This document shows, piece after piece, positions 1 to 9,327 of a stretch of DNA of 64,000 nucleotides (position 1 is the stretch's first letter; each line of letters starts with the position of its first letter). The DNA is from Candidatus Omnitrophota bacterium (GTDB lineage: Bacteria; Omnitrophota; Gorgyraeia; Pluralincolimonadales; Pluralincolimonadaceae). The notes below the pieces were generated by a model. The model searched no databases. It was given only the letters and a program-made list of their open reading frames with translations, and had not been told where the DNA came from. Position numbers and translations under genes: made by a program. The DNA is taken from NCBI GenBank assembly GCA_003141835.1, contig PLNR01000006.1, forward strand, positions 14,558-78,557, read 5' to 3'.

Positions 1-952
1 CTTCCAAAGCGTCGCGATGGAATTCCGGAAGCTCATCCAGGAATAAAACACCGTTATGCGCTAGGCTTATCTCCCCCGGCCTTAATATCTTTCCTCCCCC
101 GACAAGGCCGGCATATGAGACCGTATGGTGCGGCATACGAAACGGGCGCCGCGATACAAGAAAATTTTTGCTGTCGAGCAGCCCCGAGACGCTGTGGATC
201 TTTGTCGTCTCGAGCATCTCCTCGAACGAGAGCCCGGGCAATATAGTGACCAACCGCTGCGCGAGCATCGTCTTGCCGGAACCGGGCGGGCCGATCATAA
301 GCACATTATGGCCGCCGGCCGCCGCGACCTCGAGGCCGCGTTTAACGTGCCATTGGCCTTTCACGTCGCCGAAATCGATATCAAAGCTGTCCGCCGATTT
401 CGGCACTCCGTCAAAATCGACCTTTAACGGTTCGATCTTCGCGTTGCCCTTAAGAAAATTCATCACTTCACCCAGGTTTTTCACGGGAAATACCGCAACA
501 CCTTTGACTATAGCCGCCTCCCTTGCGTTCTCTGACGGAAGAATAAAATCATTCCCGCCGTCCTTTAATATCCCTATCGCGATAGGCAGGGCGCCGTTTA
601 TCGGCCGCAAGCCGCCATCGAGGGAGAGCTCCCCGCAGAATACCTTTCCGTCGACGCTGCCCTGTTCGAGATCCCCGTTAGCCACCAGTATTCCCACCGC
701 GATTGCAAGGTCAAAAGAGGCCCCCTCTTTCCTCAGGTCCGCCGGTGCCAGGTTTATCGTTATTTTCTTAGGCGGGAATTTGAAACCGCAGTTCTTTATC
801 GCGGAGACGACCCTGTCCCTGCTCTCCTTTACCGCGGTATCCGGGAGGCCGACTATCGTAAAACACGGAAGGCCGCCGCTCATATCCACCTCTACCTCCA
901 CTTTCTTCGCTTCGATCCCCAATACGGTCCTACTTTCTATTTTAGCAAGCAT
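1..952 (-). CDS. Mg-chelatase-like AAA+ ATPase YifB/ComM family. The N-terminal ~317 codons are in the window; the C-terminus lies beyond the window start.
   Basis: Minus-strand translation from the ATG at 950-952 gives [48 protein letters not shown]..., then a Walker [18 protein letters not shown]...[10 protein letters not shown] typical of YifB/ComM. The plus-strand ORFs 125..427 and 168..980 are antisense shadows. Confidence 0.85.
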   Translation of the reverse strand, partial: MLAKIESRTVLGIEAKKVEVEVDMSGGLPCFTIVGLPDTAVKESRDRVVSAIKNCGFKFPPKKITINLAPADLRKEGASFDLAIAVGILVANGDLEQGSVDGKVFCGELSLDGGLRPINGALPIAIGILKDGGNDFILPSENAREAAIVKGVAVFPVKNLGEVMNFLKGNAKIEPLKVDFDGVPKSADSFDIDFGDVKGQWHVKRGLEVAAAGGHNVLMIGPPGSGKTMLAQRLVTILPGLSFEEMLETTKIHSVSGLLDSKNFLVSRRPFRMPHHTVSYAGLVGGGKILRPGEISLAHNGVLFLDELPEFHRDALE

Positions 953-954
953 TT

Positions 955-1365
955 TTAGCTCCAGAACGCGTCTTTTATGAGTTCTATGTTTTTTAAGTTG
1001 CCGTTTTTTTCGAAAATAACCGATACACAGTCAAACCTTGAATCGTGGTCCAAAAGGCCGTATTTCAGTTGGAAAGTTACGGCAACTTTCCTTATATGCC
1101 GTTTTTTGACATAGTTAATGGTCTCGTACGGAAGCCCGTATTCCTCATCAGACCTGGAACGGACCTCTATAAATACGAGCGTACCCCGGTCCAGCGCGAT
1201 TATGTCTATCTCCCCGAACCTGCAGCGGAACTTCCGCGCGATTATGCTGTAGCCGTTTAAGGCGAGGGACCTCGCCGCGTGTTCCTCGCCGAGGTCCCCC
1301 AGTTCCTTATTCCCCACTTCCGAAGGCTTCCATAACGATCTTATCGATCTCCTTCTTGACCTCAT
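955..1365 (-). CDS. yraN: YraN family (UPF0102) putative endonuclease. The true start is possibly downstream of 1365.
   Basis: Motifs [29 protein letters not shown]...[13 protein letters not shown] match YraN/UPF0102. The 5' end overlaps the spoVG-like gene by 58 nt, so an internal start is likely. Confidence 0.7.
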   Translation of the reverse strand: MRSRRRSIRSLWKPSEVGNKELGDLGEEHAARSLALNGYSIIARKFRCRFGEIDIIALDRGTLVFIEVRSRSDEEYGLPYETINYVKKRHIRKVAVTFQLKYGLLDHDSRFDCVSVIFEKNGNLKNIELIKDAFWS

Positions 1366-1564
1366 CGTTCAACGGGTAGGCCGTCGGGTACCATTTGCCG
1401 TCGTTGCCTGCCTGCTGCGGGCCGGATACGAATATCCCCTTCTTGCCCTCGACCACTCGGAAACCTTTCACCAGGAACTCCTCCCCGATGGCGACATCGG
1501 CTACCGCCTTGAGCGGCCCCTCCCCGTCGAACCTGTACAGCCTCTTTACGCTGAAATTGAGCAT
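1307..1564 (-). CDS. spoVG: SpoVG family protein
   Basis: [74 protein letters not shown] aligns along its full length with B. subtilis SpoVG ([56 protein letters not shown]...). Confidence 0.8.
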   Translation of the reverse strand: MLNFSVKRLYRFDGEGPLKAVADVAIGEEFLVKGFRVVEGKKGIFVSGPQQAGNDGKWYPTAYPLNDEVKKEIDKIVMEAFGSGE

Positions 1565-1723
1565 TAAAATGCCCTCCTTTCACCTATATAGACGAAAGTC
1601 CGGGACAAATTCTTTCAATTATTTTTAAAATATTTTCAGCAGGATAAATTGCCCGCAAATTCACAGCGCGACTTGTGCCATAACTTCCCGCATATCATTA
1701 GCTGGCCTCTTCGACCTCCTGCA

Positions 1724-1800
1724 GGCGGGTCCTGCCTGCCGAGCACCTCGGCCCATTTTGCTTCGGGCAAAAGGGCCAAGGGCTCCGTCGGCAGTCACCC
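1724..1800. repeat. 77-nt structured repeat, copy 1. It is the reverse complement of copy 2 at 24804..24879.
   Basis: ggcgggtcctgcctgccgagcacctcggcccattttgcttcgggcaaaagggccaagggctccgtcggcagtcaccc is about 97% identical to the reverse complement of 24804..24879. It contains an internal 9-bp hairpin cccttttgc/gcaaaaggg. Confidence 0.85.
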
Positions 1801-2009
1801 GCTACAAGCCGCTAAGGGAAGTACGTCAAGAATCGAGATTTTTGTCAGTCGCAGCGCTTGGAAGAACTCGAGCGGGCACGGATCCCAAGCGGCAGCGAGG
1901 GAGAGCGAGAGTTCTTCTAGAGAGAGCGAGCCTCGCAGGGGCGAGCGAACGGCGATGCGACGACACAAATCGAGATTCGCGGCTTACTTCAGGGGGGCAA
2001 CTTGCGTGT

Positions 2010-3038
2010 TTAGAACCTGCAGTAAAGCCCGAGGGAGGTGATGGAACCCGAATATTTCTGTGTCGGGTTATTCGAGAGGTTTTGCCTGTAGGAATAGCTG
2101 AGGCCTAAACTCGTGTTCTTGTAAAGATCATAAAAGACCGACGCGGACGTGACCCATGTCCTGTCCTTCTCTCCCCTGGTGTTGTCTCCAGGGATAGTCC
2201 TCCCGGAATAATTCCTGAATTGCCTGTAATAAGAAAAAGACGTGCTCATCTTGTCGGTCAGGAGGTATATCATCGAGGAACCGAGCCTCAGGGAATCGTA
2301 ATCATAATAATCGAGAAAATTGTCGTTGGAGTCGTTGGCGTAATATTCGCCGAAGACCTTGAACATTGATCTCTTTAAATACACGCCCAGGTCGTAATAG
2401 ACCGTGTTCCTGCTGTCCATCCTGTCGCGGCCGGATGGCTGCCCCGTGCCGTCGAAGGCCTTCCTGTCGGAATAATTCTTGTATAGATATTCGTAGCTGA
2501 ACGAATGGAAAAAATTATTCGGCAGCTTCTGTTTCAGGACCAGCCCTACCTTATCGCCGAAGTAATTGCCGTCGGCATTCTTCTGGTACTCGACGAACTC
2601 GACGTCATTGTAGGTCGTAAGCGTCATGCCGCCCGGCAGTTTACCGTCGAAACCGAATTTCAAGTTCACGTCCGTAAGGTTGGCGTCGGTCGCTTTCCAG
2701 TAAGTTATGTTATGCGCCGATATCCCGCCGGTGACGTCCCACCTTCCGCTTAAAGGGCAGGAGACGCTGGCGTCGAGGATACCTTCCGAAAACGTATCCT
2801 GCTCCCTGCGGGGATCCAAAAAGACATTATTATCATAACCCTGGATGGCCGCGGCCAGTAATTTCGTCGTATATCTCTGCCCTTCTTTGACCGTCTCGAC
2901 CTTCCTGTAGGCATTCTCCTCCGACTTCCCGATGTATTTCTCGGTCGTCTGTTCCTCTTTTATATCAGCCGCATTTACCGGGGCAAAAGATACCGAAATG
3001 AATAACAGCGCGAGAGGAAACAGTAAAAATTTATTCAT
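2010..3038 (-). CDS. Putative outer-membrane beta-barrel protein of unknown function
   Basis: N-terminal signal peptide MNKFLLFPLALLFISVSFAPVNAA. Composition is rich in Y/N/S/G with alternating-hydrophobic pattern. C-terminal ...LGLYCRF aromatic terminus typical of OMPs. Confidence 0.5.
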   Translation of the reverse strand: MNKFLLFPLALLFISVSFAPVNAADIKEEQTTEKYIGKSEENAYRKVETVKEGQRYTTKLLAAAIQGYDNNVFLDPRREQDTFSEGILDASVSCPLSGRWDVTGGISAHNITYWKATDANLTDVNLKFGFDGKLPGGMTLTTYNDVEFVEYQKNADGNYFGDKVGLVLKQKLPNNFFHSFSYEYLYKNYSDRKAFDGTGQPSGRDRMDSRNTVYYDLGVYLKRSMFKVFGEYYANDSNDNFLDYYDYDSLRLGSSMIYLLTDKMSTSFSYYRQFRNYSGRTIPGDNTRGEKDRTWVTSASVFYDLYKNTSLGLSYSYRQNLSNNPTQKYSGSITSLGLYCRF

Positions 3039-3066
3039 TATCTCCCTGTGGGGCTTTACGGACAGT

Positions 3067-3915
3067 TTAATAATGCAGGCCTCCGCCTTGGCCGCCGCCG
3101 CTAACCGGATTGCTGCGTTCTCCCTGTATCCTGTCCTCTATTATTTTTTTATCTTCCGTTTCCCGGAGGTCCTGCTTAAAATCGTCCCGTTCCTCGATCG
3201 TCTGGTCTATCGCCTGGATATTATTGAATTCGCCGGCTTTATCGTTCTCCCTCGGCGTTCCGGCCTGCAGGCGGTCCTTCAGGTCATCGCGCCACGAGCT
3301 CCAGTCGCGTTTATCCTTATCTGTCAACTCGATGAGTTCTCCCGGCGGCTGGAACCTGTCTATTATCACTTCCCACCCTTCCCTGACCGTGGCCTCTTTT
3401 ATCAACTTGCCGTCCTGGTCGTAAGCCCGGACGAATATCTCGTCCTCAAAAGCCTTGACGTCATCCCTCTTCTCGGAAGTGGAGACGTCCCAGCCGCTTC
3501 CCCTGGCCCCTGCAACGATGGTCGGGGTCTTTATTTCGAACGAGCTCTCTTTTTCAAGCTTTTTGACCAGTGAACGTATCCTTCCCTGGGGCAATTCGAT
3601 CTGCTTGAGCATCTTTCCGCGCAAGACCATGGTAGAGCCTTCCTCGAGCCGTACGAGGTTCTTGTTCTCATTATCGAAAGAGACCTCTACGGCCGCTCCG
3701 GCGCCGGTCTTCGCGGTGTCGCCGGCGGCCAAAAGCATATTTTTCTTCGCGACGTCCCATTCGCTTTTGCCGGCTTTTTGGACCTTCACGTCTCCCTTGA
3801 CGAAGATCACCCTCGCTTCCCTTTCCAGCTCCTTGGCGTAAAGGGATTCGGAATGAGGTAAAAGGAAGACAAACAACAAGAAACATGCCGCAAATTTAAG
3901 TTTCATCTCACTCAT
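3067..3915 (-). CDS. FecR-domain secreted protein
   Basis: Signal peptide. GDVKV...AAGDTAKTGAGAAVEVSFDNENKNLVRL...FEIKTPTIVAGARGSGWDV matches the FecR beta-sandwich pattern. The C-terminal half is highly charged. Confidence 0.6.
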   Translation of the reverse strand: MSEMKLKFAACFLLFVFLLPHSESLYAKELEREARVIFVKGDVKVQKAGKSEWDVAKKNMLLAAGDTAKTGAGAAVEVSFDNENKNLVRLEEGSTMVLRGKMLKQIELPQGRIRSLVKKLEKESSFEIKTPTIVAGARGSGWDVSTSEKRDDVKAFEDEIFVRAYDQDGKLIKEATVREGWEVIIDRFQPPGELIELTDKDKRDWSSWRDDLKDRLQAGTPRENDKAGEFNNIQAIDQTIEERDDFKQDLRETEDKKIIEDRIQGERSNPVSGGGQGGGLHY

Positions 3916-3924
3916 CTCCTGGTA

Positions 3925-4563
3925 TTATTTCTTAGGACCGGGCGCCGCAGGCGGGACTTCCTTGCCTTTCATGAGAAGCTTCCAGGGATTCCGCTTCACT
4001 TCGTCGCTGAATTCCTTTAAGTTCTCGGAAGAATCCTTGAGGTTCATTATGGTCGCCCTCAAGTCATCTTTATTATCGACGAGGACGGCGTCCGCGTGGC
4101 CCATCAGCTTCTGCAGGTCCTGCATGGACGAATCGAGTCTGGCTATGAGCTCTTCCATCTCATATAGGTCGACCCCGACCAATGTCTTTCCATGAGGAAC
4201 GATTGGCGAACCTTTCGAACCGCCGGTTATTTCGATGTATTTCTCGCCGATAAGGCCGGTCGTGCTTATCTTTATCTTCGAATCCTCCCTTACCTTAGCG
4301 TCGCCATTAAGGGCTAATGAGACCAGCACCTTTGTCTCATCGTTGGCATATGTGTGGGCCACCTTCTCGACCTCGCCTATCTTTACGCCCGCTAGTTTGA
4401 CCGGCGCCTTATCTTCGAGGCCGCTCACATAATTGAATATGACGTTAAGCTTATAGCCGCCGATGACCTTCCCGCCGCTCATCTTCGCGGAAATAAACAT
4501 AAATACCAATACCGCAGCCACGACGACGACTCCCGTCTTGATCTCATTATTGATCTTTAGCAT
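3925..4563 (-). CDS. mlaD: MlaD (Mce-domain) phospholipid ABC transporter substrate-binding component
   Basis: N-terminal TM anchor plus an Mce domain (VKLAGVKIGEV...ISTTGLIGEKYIEI). Operonic with mlaF and mlaE. Confidence 0.8.
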   Translation of the reverse strand: MLKINNEIKTGVVVVAAVLVFMFISAKMSGGKVIGGYKLNVIFNYVSGLEDKAPVKLAGVKIGEVEKVAHTYANDETKVLVSLALNGDAKVREDSKIKISTTGLIGEKYIEITGGSKGSPIVPHGKTLVGVDLYEMEELIARLDSSMQDLQKLMGHADAVLVDNKDDLRATIMNLKDSSENLKEFSDEVKRNPWKLLMKGKEVPPAAPGPKK

Positions 4564-4609
4564 GTCATGACTCCTTTGTATGGTTAGCTAAGTTCGACTT
4601 AGATAACCA

Positions 4610-5413
4610 TTATTTTGTGAGCTCTTCCAGGTAGCCCTCGTCGGGCGCGAAGAACTGCATCGGCCCTTCTATGGTACCGTTTATGAACTGCTGTATATAT
4701 TCGTTCTTTGAGTTCCTTATTTCGTCTTTAGTCCCGATCTGCAGGACCTTGCCTTTATATAACATCACTATCCTGTCGGCGATCCTGAAGACCGAATTCA
4801 TGTCATGGGTGACCACTACCGAGGTGATTGACAGCGCGTTGGCCAGGTCTATTATCAGTTTGTCTACGACAGCGGTCACGACAGGATCGAGGCCGGCCGA
4901 CGGCTCGTCATAGAAGATTATCTCCGGGTCGAGGGCCACGGCGCGGGCAAGGCCGACGCGTTTCCTCATCCCGCCTGAAAGCTGCGACGGCATAAGATGG
5001 CCGAAATCGCGAAGCCCTACCTGGTTGAGCTTCATCTTTACCATTATCTTTATGATATGTTCGTCGAGCTTGGTGTGCTCCCTGAGCGGTAGCGCGATAT
5101 TCTCCTCGACGGTAAGCGAATCGAAGAGCGCGGCCGACTGGAAGAGCATGCCGAAGCGTTTCTTCAGCCGGTCCATCCCGCTCTCCCTCAGGCCGGTTAT
5201 ATCCTCCCCGAAGAGTTGGATCTTGCCGGAGTCGGGCTTCAACTGCCCTATTATATGGCGCAGAAGGGTCGATTTGCCGCAGCCCGACCCGCCGACGATG
5301 ACGAGCGTCTCGCCCTTATAGACCTCGAGGCTTACATCGTCCAGGACACGGCGTCCGTCGAATGCTTTTACGAGGTTATCGATCTTTATGACTGTTTCCA
5401 TCTTATCCGCCAT
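4610..5413 (-). CDS. mlaF: ABC transporter ATP-binding protein MlaF
   Basis: Walker A GGSGCGKSTLL, signature LSGGMRKRVGLARA, Walker B IIFYDEPSAGLDP. Confidence 0.85.
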   Translation of the reverse strand: MADKMETVIKIDNLVKAFDGRRVLDDVSLEVYKGETLVIVGGSGCGKSTLLRHIIGQLKPDSGKIQLFGEDITGLRESGMDRLKKRFGMLFQSAALFDSLTVEENIALPLREHTKLDEHIIKIMVKMKLNQVGLRDFGHLMPSQLSGGMRKRVGLARAVALDPEIIFYDEPSAGLDPVVTAVVDKLIIDLANALSITSVVVTHDMNSVFRIADRIVMLYKGKVLQIGTKDEIRNSKNEYIQQFINGTIEGPMQFFAPDEGYLEELTK

Positions 5414-5414
5414 T

Positions 5415-6209
5415 TTACACGTTCGAGAAATAGAATATGCCGGTTAATATCGCGTCGGTCAGGATTATCAGGATAAAACTAACCACGACGCTTAAGGTCG
5501 TCGCGCGCCCTACGCCTTCGGCTCCGCCTTTCGTGTTAAGCCCCTGATAGCATCCTATCATCGCTATTACCATGGCGAAGACTACGCTCTTTAGAAGACC
5601 CGTCATAACATCTTTCATCACGAGGAACTCAAAATTTGTCTTTATATAAAGTCCGGGGCTTATCTTGAGGTTATAGACACCTACCAAATATCCTCCGAGC
5701 ATACCTGCCAGGTCGCCTAATATCGTAAGGACGGGAAGCATGACGACGAGGGATAAAAATCTCGGCATGACTAAAAACCTTATCGGGTTGAGGGCCATCG
5801 TCTCGAGCGCCTCTATCTGCTCGGTGACCTTCATAGTGCCCAGCTCTGCGGCTATGGCGGAACCGACCCTGCCGGCCACGACGAGCGCAACAAGCACCGG
5901 CCCTATCTCACGGCACACCGAGACGCTGATAAGGGCCGCCACGAACCTCACCGCGCCCAATTGACTCAACTGATACGCGCCCTGCATCGCGAGGACTATT
6001 CCTATGAACAACGTGACAAAGAAGACTATCAAAATAGACTGGACGCCGGCAAAGACCATTTGCGCGAAAATATAACGCCTTCCGATAAACTTGCCTATAA
6101 AAGGCGCAAATAATAGCCAGTAGAGCGTATGAAAAAATAACGCGAACACGTCCCATATGGCCGCGCCCGCGTTCAGGGTAGTCCTGCCTATAGCCTGTAA
6201 TATGTTCAT
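5415..6209 (-). CDS. mlaE: ABC transporter permease MlaE
   Basis: Polytopic membrane protein with the MlaE-family pattern. Stop/start coupling with mlaF (5413/5415). Confidence 0.85.
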   Translation of the reverse strand: MNILQAIGRTTLNAGAAIWDVFALFFHTLYWLLFAPFIGKFIGRRYIFAQMVFAGVQSILIVFFVTLFIGIVLAMQGAYQLSQLGAVRFVAALISVSVCREIGPVLVALVVAGRVGSAIAAELGTMKVTEQIEALETMALNPIRFLVMPRFLSLVVMLPVLTILGDLAGMLGGYLVGVYNLKISPGLYIKTNFEFLVMKDVMTGLLKSVVFAMVIAMIGCYQGLNTKGGAEGVGRATTLSVVVSFILIILTDAILTGIFYFSNV

Positions 6210-6225
6210 AGAGCCTTCATCCTCT

Positions 6226-6555
6226 TTAGGACTTTAGGGCATCCTCTTCTGTGGAGTATATCTCGAAAAGTTTCTCTAATTTGGTTATCTCAAAGAGGCT
6301 CTTCACCTTCGGGGTGAGGTTGGCAAGCTTAAGCCTGCCTCCTATGTTCTTTATCTTCTGGTGGGCCTCGACGAGCGTGGCCAGGCCCGACGAGTCGACA
6401 TAGGCCACTCCGGCGAGGTTGACTACTACTTTCTGCGCCTTCGAATCCAGGATCTTAAGGAATCCCTTCCTGAACTCCGGGGATGAGGTGAAATTTATCT
6501 CGCCCTCCACCACCAGCACGACCGCGTCGCCGACCTTCTTATCTTTTACTACCAT
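6226..6555 (-). CDS. STAS-domain protein: anti-sigma-factor antagonist or MlaB-like
   Basis: VVNLAGVAYVDSSGLATLVEAH...RLKLANL is a STAS fold with the conserved phosphorylatable Ser in DSSGL. Confidence 0.7.
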   Translation of the reverse strand: MVVKDKKVGDAVVLVVEGEINFTSSPEFRKGFLKILDSKAQKVVVNLAGVAYVDSSGLATLVEAHQKIKNIGGRLKLANLTPKVKSLFEITKLEKLFEIYSTEEDALKS

Positions 6556-6967
6556 GGGATTTACCTCCGCTTATAAATTTTATCATCTTTATCTCGTTTC
6601 CGCTATCATTATATCCGACCTCGTCCATGAGGTTTTTTATCAGAAATATGCCCCTGCCGCCGTGTTTGAGTATATTCGTATCGGAACGGGGGTCCGGCGT
6701 CGCCTTGTAATCGAAACCCTCGCCCTGGTCACGGACCGTTATCTCGATCTTCCCGTCGGAAATAGCGTAGCTGATGACGACCGGAAGCCTGCTATCGAGC
6801 TTATTGCCGTATTTTATGGCGTTTATGACCGCCTCTTCCAGGCAAAGCCTTATGTCGAAGAGCGTCTCCCTGCCCAGTTTAAGTTTCCTGAGCGCCCTGA
6901 TCAGTTTGGCAGAGGCGGGCCTTATATATTTAGGATCGCTTGGTATCTCGAAAACCGGGTCCTTCAT
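6539..6967 (-). CDS. Anti-sigma regulatory factor: Ser/Thr protein kinase of the RsbW/SpoIIAB type
   Basis: HATPase_c-like motifs [20 protein letters not shown] and [15 protein letters not shown]. Overlaps the STAS gene by 17 nt. Confidence 0.7.
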   Translation of the reverse strand: MKDPVFEIPSDPKYIRPASAKLIRALRKLKLGRETLFDIRLCLEEAVINAIKYGNKLDSRLPVVISYAISDGKIEITVRDQGEGFDYKATPDPRSDTNILKHGGRGIFLIKNLMDEVGYNDSGNEIKMIKFISGGKSHGSKR

Positions 6968-7923
6968 TCCGTTGAGAACGCTCCTATCTTCCTGTATTTT
7001 TCGTACCTGGCCTCGATCAGCGCCGCCGGGGCAAGCGCGGAAAGGTCCTTGATGTATTTTTTTATGGATTCTTTTATCGCGGCCGCGGTCATGGCGGGAT
7101 CGCGATGGGCGCCGCCCAGCGGTTCGTGCACTATCTCATCGATAAGCCCGAGTCCGAGCAGGTCTTGCGCGGTCAGTTTTAGGGCCTTAGCCGCGTCCGG
7201 GGCCCTTGCCCTGTCCTTCCACAATATCGCGGCGCAGCCTTCAGGCGAGATGACGGAATAATAAGCGTTCTCGAGGACGCATATCCTGTCCCCGACCCCG
7301 ATGCCCAACGCGCCGCCGGAGCCGCCTTCGCCGATGACAAAACATATGATCGGCACTTTTATCCGCGCCATCTCCATAAGGTTTAACGCTATCGCCTCGG
7401 CCTGGCCCCGCTCTTCCGCGCCGATGCCCGGATAAGCGCCGGGCGTATCTATGAAGACTATAACGGGCAGCTTGAACTTCTCTCCGATCTTCATCACCCT
7501 CATCGCCTTCCTGTACCCTTCCGGATGCGCGGAACCGAAGTTCCTCATGAGGTTCTCTTTGGTATCACGGCCTTTCTGGTGGCCCATTACTATGACCTTC
7601 TGTCCGTCTACCTTCGCAAATCCGCATATCAGGGCCTTGTCATCGCCGAAGACCCTGTCGCCGTGTATCTCGGCGTAATCGGTCATGATGAGGCCTATAT
7701 AATCAAGCGTATAGGGTCTTTTGGGATGGCGGGCTATCTGGATCCTCTGCCAGGGCGTGAGCCCTTCGAAGACCTCTTTTTTTACCTTGTCGAGCTTGTC
7801 CTCGAGTTTCTTAATTTCCGAGGAGAGGTCTATGTTCTCTGAGGAAGTGAATTTCTTGAGCTCTTCGATCTTGCGTTCGAGCTCAAGTATGGGTTTTTCG
7901 AAATCCAGTCCGATTCCGTTCAT
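6964..7923 (-). CDS. accA: Acetyl-CoA carboxylase carboxyltransferase alpha subunit
   Basis: [22 protein letters not shown]...[24 protein letters not shown]...[23 protein letters not shown]. Confidence 0.9.
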   Translation of the reverse strand: MNGIGLDFEKPILELERKIEELKKFTSSENIDLSSEIKKLEDKLDKVKKEVFEGLTPWQRIQIARHPKRPYTLDYIGLIMTDYAEIHGDRVFGDDKALICGFAKVDGQKVIVMGHQKGRDTKENLMRNFGSAHPEGYRKAMRVMKIGEKFKLPVIVFIDTPGAYPGIGAEERGQAEAIALNLMEMARIKVPIICFVIGEGGSGGALGIGVGDRICVLENAYYSVISPEGCAAILWKDRARAPDAAKALKLTAQDLLGLGLIDEIVHEPLGGAHRDPAMTAAAIKESIKKYIKDLSALAPAALIEARYEKYRKIGAFSTE

Positions 7924-7932
7924 ATGGGCTCT

Positions 7933-8727
7933 TCAATCGACTATCGTGACTTCAGTGCCTTCCGGCAAAATACCGTAAAGTTCCTCGACTTCGCTGTTAA
8001 GCATCCTTACGCATCCGGCCGTGGCCTGTTTCCCGAGGGAAGACGGGTCGGTCGTGCCGTGGATCCCGTATCCTTCCTTGGACAGGCCCATCCAGCGCGT
8101 CCCCAGTATGTTCTCCGGGCTTCCGGGAGGGACGGCCGCGCCTGTCTTGTACCAGACGGGATTGACCAGTTTGGTCGTTATCTTGAATGTGCCGACCGGG
8201 GTGCAGTTGTTCAGGCCGGTCGCGACCTTATAGGTCTTGATGACATCGTCATTCTGTTTTAGCAGCAGCAGGTTCTGCGATTTGTCAACGACGACGCTGA
8301 ATTTTGCGGTCACCACTTTTAATTTCTGCCCCAGCCTGATGTTATCGCCGGCCAGGTTGTTGGACTTCTTTATGAGTTCGACGGTCGTGCCGAAGACCTT
8401 CGATATCTTGGCGAGCGTATCGCCGGCCTGGACCGTGTATTCCTTGCTGTTGCTGTCCACGATCGGCGAGAAGAGTATCTTCATGCTGAGCTCTTCCGCT
8501 TTCGGCTTCGCGACCTTCACTATCGCCGCGTCCGGATACGTCTCATATGCGTTCTTATAGGCGTCCCTCGCCTCAGGAAGTTTATTTTCTTTCTCATAGA
8601 GCGCGGCCTGCGATATCAGCGCCTCGCCCTCCCTGGACCCGAACTGTATCTTCGGGACAAATATGACCAACAGGACTATCACGACTGCCGCGACCACTAT
8701 CGCGGGTAAAAAAGCTTTAACTTTCAT
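7933..8727 (-). CDS. LysM-domain L,D-transpeptidase (YkuD/ErfK family)
   Basis: N-terminal TM segment. LysM motif YTVQAGDTLAKISKVFGTTVELIKKSN. Catalytic HGTTDPSSLGKQATAGCVRMLNSEV. Confidence 0.8.
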   Translation of the reverse strand: MKVKAFLPAIVVAAVVIVLLVIFVPKIQFGSREGEALISQAALYEKENKLPEARDAYKNAYETYPDAAIVKVAKPKAEELSMKILFSPIVDSNSKEYTVQAGDTLAKISKVFGTTVELIKKSNNLAGDNIRLGQKLKVVTAKFSVVVDKSQNLLLLKQNDDVIKTYKVATGLNNCTPVGTFKITTKLVNPVWYKTGAAVPPGSPENILGTRWMGLSKEGYGIHGTTDPSSLGKQATAGCVRMLNSEVEELYGILPEGTEVTIVD

Positions 8728-8746
8728 GACCCCGGATCTCCCCTTT

Positions 8747-9205
8747 CTATCTCATTACCAGTGCGGCGATTATTATCCCGATCAACGAACCTACAAAGAC
8801 TTCAAAAGGCGTGTGCCCTATCAGTTCCTTGAGCCTGTCTTCCTGTATCTTGCGGCGCCAGTAGATGTCATCCATTATCTTGTTGAGGATCTCGGCCTGC
8901 TGCCCGGTAGAGCGCCTTACGCCCTGCGCGTCGAAGGCGATGACAACCGCAATAACAAATGTCACTATGAAGATAGCGGAATCGAACCCCTGCTGGAGCC
9001 CGACGGCCGTCGCCAAAGCCATCACTCCGGAGGAGTGGGCGCTGGGCATCCCGCCGGTGCTGAACAACCAGCGGAAGTTAAACTTCCTCTCCTTTACGCT
9101 GTTTATGACTATCTTGATGGTTTGGGCGGTCACCCAGCCAAGGAGCGTAGCCCAAAATACCTTGTTCTGGAAGACCAGGAAGACTGAGTTATTCATATTT
9201 GGCAT
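8747..9205 (-). CDS. Divergent PAP2 / YuiD (DUF212) family membrane protein
   Basis: GGMPSAHSSGVMALATAVG...FDAQGVRRSTG matches acid-phosphatase/vanadium-haloperoxidase-related YuiD. Confidence 0.65.
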   Translation of the reverse strand: MPNMNNSVFLVFQNKVFWATLLGWVTAQTIKIVINSVKERKFNFRWLFSTGGMPSAHSSGVMALATAVGLQQGFDSAIFIVTFVIAVVIAFDAQGVRRSTGQQAEILNKIMDDIYWRRKIQEDRLKELIGHTPFEVFVGSLIGIIIAALVMR

Positions 9206-9249
9206 GTATTATACTATATTTTTGCTTGATTGATAACAAAAAACCGCTT

Positions 9250-9326
9250 GGGGACGTTCCAAAAAGGGCACACTCCACTTATGCAATCAAATAAGGAAGT
9301 GGGGTGTCCCTTTATGGGACGTCCCC
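9250..9326. repeat. Full-length (~77 bp) palindromic member of the GGGACGTCCCC repeat family (element A)
   Basis: Left arm ggggacgttccaaaaagggcacactccactt (9250-9280) pairs with right arm aagtggggtgtccctttatgggacgtcccc (9297-9326). The loop is atgcaatcaaataagg. It lies immediately 3' of the folE stop. Confidence 0.75.
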
Positions 9327-9327
9327 T

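Noticed and set aside
125-980. Plus-strand ORFs 125..427 and 168..980
   Set aside because: They lie antisense to a clearly recognisable YifB/ComM coding frame, which shows a Walker A box and conserved N-terminus on the minus strand. They are GC-rich shadow ORFs.
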